Source: Bacillota bacterium (GTDB lineage: Bacteria; Bacillota; Sulfobacillia; RBS10-35; Bu92). Taken from it: a DNA stretch of 64,000 nt. The position numbers and the translations under genes were made by a program. Shown in pieces: positions 9,398 through 18,740 of the stretch. The stretch spans positions 3,376-67,375 of the forward strand of contig JADBKN010000046.1 in NCBI GenBank assembly GCA_014896375.1. The letters run 5' to 3'. The notes beneath the pieces are model-generated. The model worked only from the letters and a program-made list of their open reading frames with translations, searched no databases and was not told the origin of the DNA. Numbering within the stretch: the stretch's first letter is position 1; each line of letters starts with the position of its first letter.

Positions 9398-10303
9398 GCC
9401 CCGCCGCAGCTCATCCTCCGCCGCGCGCACGAACGCCTCTTCAGAAAGGCCGAAGACAGCGGGGAAGGCCGTGGCCGTGTCGACATACCCCTCTTCCTGG
9501 GCGCGCAGGAGCTTCTCCAGGCCGTCCCAACCGTATCGCTGTAGAAAGATCTGGAAGATGAGATGGCTCTGCTGCTCCACGGGGTAGCTGGAGAGGAGGC
9601 CGTAATAGGCCGCCGCGTCCAGGGGCAGGCGGCGGAAGCCGCCGCGGTGCGCTGCGGATAGGACGTCGTCGCGCTCGGCCTCGAGGAAGGCGCGGCCGCC
9701 CGGGGTGTCGGCGGCGCCATCGTGGACGCGCATCTCCACCTCCGTGGCGACGGCCTCGTTCAGCCAGGCGGACATGTCCGGGATGTCGAGGCTCGCCAGC
9801 ACGGTGTGCGCCAGCTCGTGGGCGAGCACGCCGGAGAGGTCGTAGGAGGGGTCGTCGGCCAGGATGTGGATCGTGCCGCCGATGGTCTCCCCCTGGACGG
9901 CGAAGATCTCGTCGTCCACTTCATCGACGGAGATGCCCTCCTGGAGGAGGCCGTCGCGCAGCGCGTCCCGGCTGTCATAGAGGCGCACGGTGACGGGCAG
10001 CACCGGCGTGCGGCCGAGAAGCTCCGTCACGCGTGGGAAGATGCGGCGTTCGAAATCGGCGTCGAGCCGCTCCACGTAGCCTTTGGGAAACCTACCGACA
10101 GCGAAGAAGAGCGCGTGGGCGGAGCGCACCACGTGCTGTGGCCGCGCGGCGATATGGCGCGCCGCCGCGAGCCACGGCTCGCTCGGCTCCGGCGGCGCGC
10201 CGGCGCCGGGCGCGCCGGCGGGCGCCGGGGTACGCGCCGTGGCGCCGGGAGCCGCAAGGAAGGCGATGAACAGGAGGACCGTCCAGAACCGCCGCCGCTT
10301 CAT
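9383..10303 (-). CDS. Secreted zinc-metallopeptidase-like protein (peptidase MA clan)
   Basis: N-terminal signal peptide MKRRRFWTVLLFIAFLAA; LAHELAH followed by WLNEA. Confidence 0.7.
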   Translation of the reverse strand: MKRRRFWTVLLFIAFLAAPGATARTPAPAGAPGAGAPPEPSEPWLAAARHIAARPQHVVRSAHALFFAVGRFPKGYVERLDADFERRIFPRVTELLGRTPVLPVTVRLYDSRDALRDGLLQEGISVDEVDDEIFAVQGETIGGTIHILADDPSYDLSGVLAHELAHTVLASLDIPDMSAWLNEAVATEVEMRVHDGAADTPGGRAFLEAERDDVLSAAHRGGFRRLPLDAAAYYGLLSSYPVEQQSHLIFQIFLQRYGWDGLEKLLRAQEEGYVDTATAFPAVFGLSEEAFVRAAEDELRRGLHLR

Positions 10304-10375
10304 GGTGCAGGCGCCCCGCTATCCTTCGGATACCGATGGTGTACAATCGAGCGTGAACGAGGAGGCGATGAAGGT

Positions 10376-10696
10376 ATGGCGCACGATGTCACTTCGGCCA
10401 CCTTCGCGGAAGTCGTCGAGCGCAGCGAGGTGCCGGTGCTCGTCGACTTCTGGGCCCCTTGGTGCGCCCCCTGCCGCCAGCTCGCTCCCATTCTAGAGCG
10501 TGCGGCGGCCTCTTGGGGCGATTCCATCAAGGTCGTCAAGGTGAACGTGGACGAGAATCCTGACCTCGCGACCCGCTTCGGCATCATGGGCATCCCCACC
10601 ATGGTCCTCTTCAAGGACGGCAAGGAGGTGGGCCGGCTCACGGGCGTCCGCCCGGAGGACCGGCTCAAGGCGGAGGTCGCGAAGCTGCTCGGCTGA
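10376..10696 (+). CDS. trxA: Thioredoxin
   Basis: PVLVDFWAPWCAPC, GIMGIPT; GGAGG RBS. Confidence 0.93.
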   Translation: MAHDVTSATFAEVVERSEVPVLVDFWAPWCAPCRQLAPILERAAASWGDSIKVVKVNVDENPDLATRFGIMGIPTMVLFKDGKEVGRLTGVRPEDRLKAEVAKLLG

Positions 10697-10763
10697 GCGC
10701 TCCCGCCGGCACGAGCACGCTGGGCCGGCCGCCGTGGTTGGCCGCGTTGGCCGGCCGCCCGTC

Positions 10764-10790
10764 GCCCGCCGCTGCGCCGGCGGGCTTTTT
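10764..10790 (+). terminator. Intrinsic terminator after trxA
   Basis: GCCCGCCG-CTGCGC-CGGCGGGC-TTTTT. Confidence 0.8.
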
Positions 10791-10826
10791 GCGTGTCCGC
10801 GCAGCCGCTGGATCTGCGCTGACCCA

Positions 10827-10853
10827 GGCTCTAGACCGGTAAGTGTGTGGTGA
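10827..10853 (+). mobile_element. ISL3-like terminal inverted repeat (remnant end)
   Basis: GGCTCTAGACCGGTAAGTGTGTGGTGA; 21/27 ungapped identity to the reverse complement of 26997-27023; GGCTC terminus typical of ISL3 ends. Confidence 0.6.
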
Positions 10854-10884
10854 ACACGAGCGCGGCCAATGGCGGAAGCCCAAG

Positions 10885-12702
10885 CCGTGGACGGACGAAG
10901 CGGCGGCGGCGCTGGAGAGGCTCTCGCCGGCCGAGCTGGCCGAACGCGCGCGGCGCGCGGAGCGAGCCGCCGAGGAGCGGCGCGCCCGGGAGCAGGAGGT
11001 GCGGGCGCTGCGCCGGGCGTTGGAGGCGGCGGGCGCGGAGGTCCCTGAGGGGGCGGTCGTGGGCGACGCGACTGCGGGGGTGGACGCGGGCGTCCCGCCC
11101 GCCGCGCCCGCCGCCCCTCGCGCCGCCACCCTCGCGGCGGCCGCCGCGGCCGCGGCCGGCCTCGCCGGCCTCGCCGGCGCCGCCCTCGCGCTCGCCGGCC
11201 ACAGCTGGGGCTGGGGGCTGGCGGCCGGCGCCGGCGTCGCGGCCGCGCTGCTCGCGTGGCGGGCGCACGCCGCGGCCGTGGCGGCCGCGGCGGCCGCGGC
11301 GCGGGAGGCGGCCCTGGCGGCGGCGGCAGAGGCGGCGCGGGAGGCGGCCCCGGGCGTTGAGGCCCTGCGCGCCGCCCAAGAGGCGCTGGAGGCCGCGCAA
11401 GCGGAAGCCGCCGCGGCGGCGGAGGCGGTGCGGGAGGCGCTCGGCGGGCTGCCGGTGGCGCCGGCGTTCGCCGAGGCCCCGGATGTCGAGCTGGCGCAGC
11501 GGGTGCGCGAGCTTCGCCGCTACTGGGAGGCGCTGCGCGACCTGCAGGAGGAGGCGGCGGCGCTGCGCCGGGCCCTGCAAGCCCGCGAGGCCGGCGTGCG
11601 CGACTGGGCGCGCCGTCTTGGGATGGTCGAGGGCGTGGAGGACGTCGACGCCCTCGTCCTCGCCCGTCGCCTTGAGGACGCGCTGGACCGCGCCCGGCGC
11701 CGCCGGCGGGAGGCGGAGCAGGCGGCGGACGAGCGGGCGCGGCTGCAGGCCGAACTGCGAGAGCTCGAAGCGCAGCGGGCCGAGACGGTCCGCCAGCGAG
11801 ACGCCCTGCTGGAGCGGCTCGGCGCGTTCGGGCCGGACGTCGAGGCGGCGCTCCTTGAGGTGCGCGAGCGGCGCGACGCGTGGCAGCGCGCGCGCTTCCT
11901 CGCGGACGCGCTGGAGCGCCGCCCGGGCGGCCTGCAGGGCGTGCGCCGCGAGGTGCGCGCCGCCCGGGAGGCCGGCGACCTGCCCTGGACGGACGCGGAG
12001 CGCGGGCGCGCCGCGGAGGAGGAGCGCGCGCTGGCGGAGGCGTTGAAGGAGACCGACCGTCGCATCGGCGAGCTCCGCCGTGAGCTGCAGGAGCTGGAGA
12101 CACGTGAAAAGGCCGCGGATGTGGCCGGGTGGATCGCGGCGCGCGCGGAGGAACGGGAGGCTTTGCTTCGCCGGCGCGACCGGCTGGCGCTCGCCGCGGC
12201 GCTCGTGCGGCTGGGGGCGGAACGCTTCCGCGAGCGCCACCAGCCCGACATCCTCAAGCGGGCGGGCGAGCACCTCGCGGCCTTCACGGAAGGGCGCTAC
12301 GACCGCCTGCTCTTCGACGAAGCACAGAACGTGGAACTGCCCTCCGGCGCGGAGGAGGCGCGCGTGCCGGGCGCCGGCGCGGCGACGGCGCTCCTCGTCC
12401 GGCGCGCCGCGGACGGCGAGCTCATCCCCGCCGCGCCGCCCCTCAGCGAGGGGACGCTGCACCAGATTCACCTCGCCCTGCGCCTTGCGTTGGCGGACCA
12501 CCTGGACGAAGGCGGAGAGCGGCTGCCGGCCTGCTTCGACGAGACCTTCCTCCACTGGAGCGAGCGCCGCCGGCGCGCGGGACTGCGCCATCTCGCGGCG
12601 TGGGCCGCGCGCCGGCAGGTGCTGCTCTTCACCTGCCACCCGTGGTTCGCCGAGGAGGCGCAAGAAGAAGCGGGAGCCACCGTGCTCCGGCTCCCCGGCT
12701 GA
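10885..12702 (+). pseudogene. 5'-truncated YhaN/SbcC-like coiled-coil ATPase (C-terminal part only)
   Basis: Long coiled coil, two TM-like segments, C-terminal LSEGT..Q..LALRLA and FDE/LFTCH ABC-ATPase motifs; no Walker A; coding-like sequence begins about 10885, just inside the IS-like end. Confidence 0.7.
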
Positions 12703-12771
12703 CGCCGCCGCGACGGGTCCCCGTCACCGCGGCGGGCGTCTCACCGCCAGCTTCGGCGCGGCGGTGCGGCG

Positions 12772-14034
12772 TCACTCCCAAGCGGCGAAGAACCGCTTGA
12801 GGCGGCGCATGCCCTCCTCGATACGCTCCATCGATGTCGCGTAGCTGAGCCTCAGCGCGCCGGGGACGCCGAAGCCCTCGCCCGGCACCACGGCCACGCC
12901 GGCTTCCACGAGGATCGCCTCGGCCAGCTCGTCCGTCGTGTGGAAGACGCGCCGGGCGGCGCCGCCCTCACGCGGCGCTGCCGCGCACTCCGCACCCGCC
13001 GTCGCCGCTGCACCCGCCCGCTCCCGGCCGAGGTACGCCCGCACGTCGACGAACACGTAGAACGCCCCCTCCGGCAGCGGCACGAAGAGGCCCGGGATCT
13101 CGTTCAGCGCCGCGCACATGGCCCGGCGGCGCTCGTCGAAGGTGCGCACCATCGCGGCGACCGGCTCGTCCGGGCCGCGCAGGGCGCCGAGCGCCGCCAT
13201 CTGGCTCACGGAGGAGGCGCCGGACGTCAGCTGCGTCTGGATCGTGAGCATGGCCGCCGTGAGGGCGGCGTCCGCGCAGGCGGTGTAGCCGATGCGCCAT
13301 CCTGTCATGGCGTAGGCCTTCGACATGCCGTTGACGACGACCGTGCGCCGGTACGCGTCCTCGCTGAACGTGGCCGGGCTGACGTGGCGCGCGCCGTCGT
13401 AGACGAGGCGCTCGTAGATCTCGTCCGAGATCACCCAGAGGTCGTGCTCCTTCGCGAGGTCCATGAGGGCGCGCAGCTCTGGCTCCGTGTACACGGCGCC
13501 GCTCGGGTTGTTGGGGCTGTTGAGGACGATCGCCTTCGTCCGCGGCGTGACGGCCGCCGCCACGCGCTCCACACGAGGGTGGTAGCGGTCCTCCGCCTCC
13601 GTGGGCACGACGACCGGCCGCGCCCCCACGAGCTTGACCTGCTCCGGGTAGCTCACCCAGTAGGGCGCGAGGAGGATGACTTCGTCGCCCTCCTCGCAGA
13701 TGGCGGCGAGCGCCTGGAAGATGGATTGCTTCGCGCCGTTCGAGACGACGATGTCCTGCGGCCGGTAGACGAGGCCCTGGTCGCGGCGCAGCTTCTCGCA
13801 GATCGCCTGCCGCAGGCGCAGGTCGCCGGCGGCGGCCGTGTACTTGGTGAAGCCTTCGTCGATGGCCGCCTTGGCGGCCTCATTGGCGGCCGGCACCGAG
13901 GGGAAGTCCGGCTCGCCCACGCTGAAGCTCACGATGTCGTGGCCCGCGGCCACGAGCTCCTTGGTGCGGCTGTCCAGGGAGACGGTCGGGGACGCGCTGA
14001 TGGTCCTGGCGCGCCAGGAGAGCGGGCGGGTCAT
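12772..14034 (-). CDS. PLP-dependent class I aminotransferase (aspartate aminotransferase-like)
   Basis: GEPDF, NSPNNPSG, SDEIY, NGMSKAYAMTGWRIGY. Confidence 0.93.
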   Translation of the reverse strand: MTRPLSWRARTISASPTVSLDSRTKELVAAGHDIVSFSVGEPDFPSVPAANEAAKAAIDEGFTKYTAAAGDLRLRQAICEKLRRDQGLVYRPQDIVVSNGAKQSIFQALAAICEEGDEVILLAPYWVSYPEQVKLVGARPVVVPTEAEDRYHPRVERVAAAVTPRTKAIVLNSPNNPSGAVYTEPELRALMDLAKEHDLWVISDEIYERLVYDGARHVSPATFSEDAYRRTVVVNGMSKAYAMTGWRIGYTACADAALTAAMLTIQTQLTSGASSVSQMAALGALRGPDEPVAAMVRTFDERRRAMCAALNEIPGLFVPLPEGAFYVFVDVRAYLGRERAGAAATAGAECAAAPREGGAARRVFHTTDELAEAILVEAGVAVVPGEGFGVPGALRLSYATSMERIEEGMRRLKRFFAAWE

Positions 14035-14217
14035 GGCGTCGCTCCTCTTCGTGGGATGATGGGGTTCGTCGGTCTGATCCTAATGTACTGTCTGGGCGGG
14101 GCAATTCCACAGGGGGCGCGCCCGGCCCCAGGCCCGGCGGCGAGGCGCGGCAGGAGTGGCGCGCCACAGGTGTCGAAGCAAAGGACGTAACCCAATTCTG
14201 ATACGGGAGAGAAGCCG

Positions 14218-15720
14218 TTGAACGAGAAGCTGCAGCGCATGTTGGAACTCTACCGCGAAGTCAGCCACCTCGCGATGGCCGCCGGCCTTTTGGATTGGGA
14301 CCAGCAGTGCTACATGCCCCCGGGCGGCGCCGCGCTGCGCGCGGAGCAGCTGGCCACTTTGGCCAAGCTGGCCCACGAGCGCCTCACTTCCCCGGAGATG
14401 GGCCAGCTCCTGGATGAGCTCGAGCCTTGGGCGGCGTCCCTGGACCCCGACTCCTTTGAGGCGAGCGTCGTGCGCGTCGCCCGGCGCGAGTACGACCGCG
14501 CCACACGCATCCCGGCGGAGCTGGAGGCGGAGTTTTCCCGCGCGGCCTCGGCCGGTTTCGCCGCGTGGGCGGAGGCGCGCCAGGCCGGGGACTTCCGCAT
14601 CTTCGCGCCGAAGCTGGAACGCCTCGTGCAGCTGACCATCGAGCGCGCAGAGGCGCTGGGCTACGAGGAGCGGCGCTACGACGCGCTCCTCAACCTCTTC
14701 GAGCCCGGCAGCCGCACGAGCCAGGTGCAGGCGCTCTTTCAGCAGCTGAAGGAGGGCCTCGTGCCGCTCGTGCACGCCGTCGCGGAGCGCGTGGACCGCG
14801 TGAAGAACGACTTCCTCTTCGGCGGCTACGATGAGCGCAAGCAGTGGGACTTCGGCGTGCGGCTTCTCAAGGCCATCGGCTTCGACTTCCAACGGGGGCG
14901 CCAGGACCGTTCGGAGCACCCCTTCACGGTCGGTTTCGGCTCGGGCGATGTGCGCCTCACCACGCGCTTCCAGCCGTATCTCGGGTCGGCGCTCTTCGGC
15001 ACACTGCACGAGGGGGGCCACGGCCTGTATGAGCAGGGCATTCCCCCGGAGTTCGCCGGCACCCCGGTGGGCTCCGCCGCCTCCTTCGGCGTGCACGAGT
15101 CGCAGTCGCGGCTGTGGGAGAATCTCGTCGGCCGCTCGCGCGCATTCTGGCGGCATTTCTATCCGGAGCTGCAGGCGCTCTTCCCGGAGCGGCTGGGAGA
15201 GGTCGACCTGGACACCTTCTACGCCGCCATCAACCGCGTGGAGCCGTCCCTCATCCGCGTCGAGGCCGACGAGCTCACGTACAACCTGCACATCTTTTTG
15301 CGTTTCGACCTGGAACTGAAGCTGATCGAAGGCGACCTCAAGGTGGCCGACCTGCCGGAGGCCTGGCGCGCCGGCATGCGTGAGCTCCTCGGCCGCGCGC
15401 CGGAGAACGACCGCGACGGCGTCATGCAGGACGTGCACTGGAGCCAGGGCGCCTTCGGCTACTTCCCGTCCTACACGCTGGGCAACGTGCTGTCCGTGCA
15501 GCTCTTTGAGAAGGCCAAGGAGGAGCGGCCGGACATCCCACAGGAGATCGAGCGCGGCGAGTTCGCGGGCCTCCTCGGCTGGATGCGGGAGCGCATCCAC
15601 CGGCACGGCGGCAAGTTCACCGGCACGGAGCTCATCGTGCGGGCGACGGGCCGCGAGGCCGACGCCGCCCCGTATCTGCGCTACCTGCGCGAAAAGTACG
15701 AGGAGATCTACGGGCTGTGA
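14218..15720 (+). CDS. Carboxypeptidase, family M32 (Taq-type)
   Basis: HPF, HEGGH, HESQSRLWEN, IRVEADE, QDVHW, GYFPSY motifs; TTG start. Confidence 0.95.
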   Translation: MNEKLQRMLELYREVSHLAMAAGLLDWDQQCYMPPGGAALRAEQLATLAKLAHERLTSPEMGQLLDELEPWAASLDPDSFEASVVRVARREYDRATRIPAELEAEFSRAASAGFAAWAEARQAGDFRIFAPKLERLVQLTIERAEALGYEERRYDALLNLFEPGSRTSQVQALFQQLKEGLVPLVHAVAERVDRVKNDFLFGGYDERKQWDFGVRLLKAIGFDFQRGRQDRSEHPFTVGFGSGDVRLTTRFQPYLGSALFGTLHEGGHGLYEQGIPPEFAGTPVGSAASFGVHESQSRLWENLVGRSRAFWRHFYPELQALFPERLGEVDLDTFYAAINRVEPSLIRVEADELTYNLHIFLRFDLELKLIEGDLKVADLPEAWRAGMRELLGRAPENDRDGVMQDVHWSQGAFGYFPSYTLGNVLSVQLFEKAKEERPDIPQEIERGEFAGLLGWMRERIHRHGGKFTGTELIVRATGREADAAPYLRYLREKYEEIYGL

Positions 15721-16388
15721 GCGGAGCGCCGGCGCGGGCGGTGGTGGCGTGGAGCGGCGGCAAGGACAGCGCGCTCGCGCTTTGGGAGGCACGGCGGCGC
15801 GGCTGGCCCGTCGCCGGCCTCCTGACCACCGTGACGCAGCCGTATGACCGCATCAGCATGCACGGCGTGCGCACGTCCCTCCTGGATGCCCAGGCGCGCG
15901 CGCTGGGGCTGCCCTGCACGCGCGTCGAGATCCCGCCGGACTGTCCGAACGACGTGTACGAGGAACGCATGGGCCGGGCGCTCGTGCGGTTGCGGGAAGA
16001 GGGCGTCGACGCCGTCGTGTTCGGAGACCTTTTTCTTGAGGACATCCGCGCGTACCGCGAGCGCCAGATGGAGGGCAGCGGCCTGCGGCCTCTCTTCCCG
16101 CTCTGGGGCCGCAATACAGCGGCTTTGGCGCGGGAGTTCCTGGCCGCCGGCTTCCGTGCCGTCGTGGTGACGGTGGATCCGCGCCAGCTGGACCCTCGTT
16201 TCGCGGGGCGCGAGTACGACGCGGACTTTCTCGCCGAGCTGCCGCCGGGCGTGGATCCCTGCGGGGAGCGCGGCGAGTTCCACACCTTCGTGTACGCCGG
16301 GCCGATCTTCCCGGCGCCCGTGCCGGTGCGGCGCGGCGAGGTCGTGGAGCGCGGCGGGTTCGTCTTCGCGGACCTCGTTCCGGAGTGA
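15717..16388 (+). CDS. PP-loop ATPase, diphthine-ammonia ligase/MJ0570-like
   Basis: WSGGKDS, MHGV, FGDLFLEDIRAYRE, DPCGERGEFHTFV. Confidence 0.9.
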   Translation: MSGAPARAVVAWSGGKDSALALWEARRRGWPVAGLLTTVTQPYDRISMHGVRTSLLDAQARALGLPCTRVEIPPDCPNDVYEERMGRALVRLREEGVDAVVFGDLFLEDIRAYRERQMEGSGLRPLFPLWGRNTAALAREFLAAGFRAVVVTVDPRQLDPRFAGREYDADFLAELPPGVDPCGERGEFHTFVYAGPIFPAPVPVRRGEVVERGGFVFADLVPE

Positions 16389-16545
16389 TCGTGCCCGGCG
16401 GTGACCGCCCGAAGGGCGCGCCGGACCCGGACCGCGGCCAGGAGCCTGCGAAGGCGCGGAAGCGTGAGCGCGGCGAGGAGCGCGCGGCGGCGCGCCGCGG
16501 GCCTTCCGCGACGCGCCGCGCTCCCCGCCGCCGGGCGGAGGGCTC

Positions 16546-16884
16546 TCAGCCGCGGGGCGGCTGCGCGCCGTTCGCCAGCTGCTCCTCGGCCAGGCGGATC
16601 AGGCGGCGCACCATCTGCCCGCCGATGTGCCCCCCCAGATAGCCGGCCTGCCGCGCCGTGAGCTCGCCGTTGTAGCCGCGCTGCAGCGGCACGCCGAGCT
16701 CCTGCGCCAACTCGAACTTGAGATCCTCGTACCGGCGGCCCGCTGCGAACGCGGAGGCGCCGCCCTCGCCGGGCGCAAGCTCCTCAGAAGCCTCGAAGTC
16801 GAGCGGCCGCCCCAGGAGTTCCGCCGTCACCTGGTATTTCAACTGGTCCAAAGGGCGTCCGATCAGCGTCGCGTTGTTCGCCAC
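16546..16884 (-). CDS. Alpha/beta-type small acid-soluble spore protein
   Basis: LKFELAQELGV....NGELTARQAG..GG..GGQMVRRLIRLAE; GGAGGTG RBS. Confidence 0.85.
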   Translation of the reverse strand: MANNATLIGRPLDQLKYQVTAELLGRPLDFEASEELAPGEGGASAFAAGRRYEDLKFELAQELGVPLQRGYNGELTARQAGYLGGHIGGQMVRRLIRLAEEQLANGAQPPRG

Positions 16885-16978
16885 GTCGCTTCACCTCCGT
16901 CGTTAGCATGGGACGGCGCGCGCATGCGCAAACTAGTGAACTCGCGCCATGGCAACGCTGGCGAAAGTTTGCGCGCGA

Positions 16979-17635
16979 TCAGCTCGCGTCACCCTCGAAG
17001 GCCCGGCGCCGGATTTCGGCCGCCGCCCGTTCAGGATCGCCGGCGCGCATGATCGCCGAAACCACCGCGAGCCCGGCAAGGCCGGCGGCGATCAACTCCC
17101 GGGCGTTTTCGGCGTCCACTCCTCCGATGGCCACGGCCGGCCCAGGGCGGAACGCGCGGGCCACCCGGGCCGTGCCCTCCACGCCCAACGGCGCGGCGGC
17201 ATCCGGCTTCGTGGCCGTGGCGCGGACGGGACCGACGCCGACGTAGTCCGCGCCGGCGGCTCTCGCGGCGCGCGCCTGCTCCTCCGTGTCCACCGAAAGG
17301 CCGATCACGAACCCTTCGCCGGCGACTTGCCGGGCGATGCGGCGGGCCTCGGGGACGGGGAGGTCCGTCTGGCCGAGGTGGACGCCGTCCGCGCCGGAGG
17401 CCAGGGCCACGTCGAGGCGGTCGTTCACGATGAAGAGAACGCCGCGTTCGCGGCACAGGGCCGCCAGCCGCCGGGCCTCCTCCCACATGGGGCGGCCGTC
17501 CGCCCCTTTCACCCGCAACTGCACAGCCGTCACGCCGCCCCGGATGGCGGCCGCGACGACCGTCGCGAGGTCCCGGCCGCCGGCCAGGCCGTGGTCGGTG
17601 ACGAGGTATAGGCGCAACCGTTCCGCCAGCGTCAC
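16979..17635 (-). CDS. thiE: Thiamine-phosphate synthase
   Basis: [47 protein letters not shown]. Confidence 0.95.
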   Translation of the reverse strand: MTLAERLRLYLVTDHGLAGGRDLATVVAAAIRGGVTAVQLRVKGADGRPMWEEARRLAALCRERGVLFIVNDRLDVALASGADGVHLGQTDLPVPEARRIARQVAGEGFVIGLSVDTEEQARAARAAGADYVGVGPVRATATKPDAAAPLGVEGTARVARAFRPGPAVAIGGVDAENARELIAAGLAGLAVVSAIMRAGDPERAAAEIRRRAFEGDAS

Positions 17636-17875
17636 GCCCGCGCTGCCTCCACTTCAATACGCGCCCCGGCTGAAGCCGATTGGGGCGTGAGCCGGAAGAG
17701 CTCGTCGAAGAGGCGCGGCTGCAGGGTGCCTGGCCCGGCGGCGCCGGCGGCCGCCAGCTCCGCGGCCCAGCCGTAGCACGCCAGCGCGGCCGCGGCGCCT
17801 TCCCACGGGTCCGGAGCCACGGCCAGAAACGCCGCCACGACAGATGTGGCCATGCAACCGGCGCCCGCGACCTCG
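17632..17875 (-). pseudogene. thiM: 3' fragment of hydroxyethylthiazole kinase (ThiM-like)
   Basis: [18 protein letters not shown]...AAELAA...[13 protein letters not shown] is the ThiM C-terminus; N-terminal two thirds absent; stop overlaps the thiE start. Confidence 0.8.
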
Positions 17876-18221
17876 CGGTGCGCGCAGGCACGCCTCGCAC
17901 CATGAGACCGAGCGCGGCGTTGTCGAGGACGGACTTCCACGGGAGCAAGAGGTCGCGCTGGGGCATATACCCGACGACGCCCAGACGCTGCGCTTGCGGC
18001 CGCCCATCCAGCGCCACGGCGCCGGCCTCCGGGCTCAGGAGGCCCGCGAGGATGCGCAAGAGCGTGCTCTTGCCGCAGCCGCTCGGCCCGAGGATGGCGA
18101 GGAACTCGCCTTCATCCAGAGAGAGGTCGATGCCATGGAGGACGGGCAGGACGTCCGCACCTCGCCCGTACGCGAACGAGATGCCCCGAGCCTCAAGGGC
18201 GGGCGGGCGGTTCCGGGACAT
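17865..18221 (-). pseudogene. 5' fragment of ABC transporter ATPase (ThiZ/SsuB-like, thiamine-precursor uptake)
   Basis: [11 protein letters not shown] Walker A and [21 protein letters not shown], then similarity ends; no LSGG signature or Walker B. Confidence 0.8.
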
Positions 18222-18265
18222 GAAAACGCCTCCCCTGGGATGGGGAGGGCGCACGCGAGCTCGAA

Positions 18266-18291
18266 CAAAAACGGCCCCCAAGGGGGGCCGG
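18266..18291 (-). terminator. Terminator of the TPP riboswitch expression platform
   Basis: Minus strand CGGCCCCC-CTT-GGGGGCCG-TTTTT. Confidence 0.8.
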
Positions 18292-18302
18292 CTCTATTCT
18301 TG

Positions 18303-18396
18303 TTCCCTTCCCTGCGCTGGCATTACCCAGATCAGGTGGTGAGGGTCTGCGCCGCCACAGGCGGCGCACTCTCAGCGTGACGCTCCCCTAGGTGTG
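18303..18396 (-). ncRNA. TPP riboswitch (THI box)
   Basis: Minus strand AGGGGAGC...CTGAGA...GACCC...CCTGATCTGGGTAATGCCAGCGCAGGGA upstream of the thi genes. Confidence 0.95.
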
Positions 18397-18399
18397 ACC

Positions 18400-18428
18400 A
18401 TCATACTTCAGTGCATGGCGGAGGGCAA
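18400..18428 (-). promoter_or_regulatory. Sigma-A promoter of the thi leader
   Basis: Minus strand TTGCCC-17 nt-TATGAT immediately before the riboswitch. Confidence 0.65.
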
Positions 18429-18559
18429 CGGGGGCGAGCGTGGCGGCACACGATTTGTTGATGCATGGCGCCGCAGCCCATATGCCTTCTTGATGCGTGC
18501 CATGCGCATAATAGGCGCCGATAGCCTGTCCAGCGTCCAACGGGAGGCGACGAGGGGTC

Positions 18560-18649
18560 GTGACTGATGCAGTATACCTCGCGGTGATTGCGTTCTTCTT
18601 CGCCTCGTGCAGGGCGTTCATCCGCTTGTGCGACAGGCTTGGCGGGTGA
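18560..18649 (+). CDS. 29-aa hydrophobic micro-protein upstream of kdpF
   Basis: GTG start after GAGGGG; MTDAVYLAVIAFFFASCRAFIRLCDRLGG*; too short for the ORF track. Confidence 0.6.
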   Translation: MTDAVYLAVIAFFFASCRAFIRLCDRLGG

Positions 18650-18656
18650 TCCAGCC

Positions 18657-18740
18657 ATGGAGGCCCTTGCGGCTGTGCTCGCAGCCGGCCTGTTCGTATA
18701 CCTGCTCATCTTCCTCTTGAAACCGGAGGCCTTCGAATGA
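18657..18740 (+). CDS. kdpF: K+-transporting ATPase subunit F
   Basis: [27 protein letters not shown] (YL...L..PE.F motif); stop overlaps the kdpA ATG. Confidence 0.88.
   Translation: MEALAAVLAAGLFVYLLIFLLKPEAFE

Noticed and set aside
16903-16930. Sigma-G promoter for the SASP gene (GCATG...CATGCTA)
   Set aside because: The -10 fits but spacing to the -35-like element is only 12 nt
17031-18281. 416-aa ORF as an intact ABC ATPase
   Set aside because: Only about the first 120 codons from 18221 are ATPase-like; the rest is off-frame read-through over thiM and thiE
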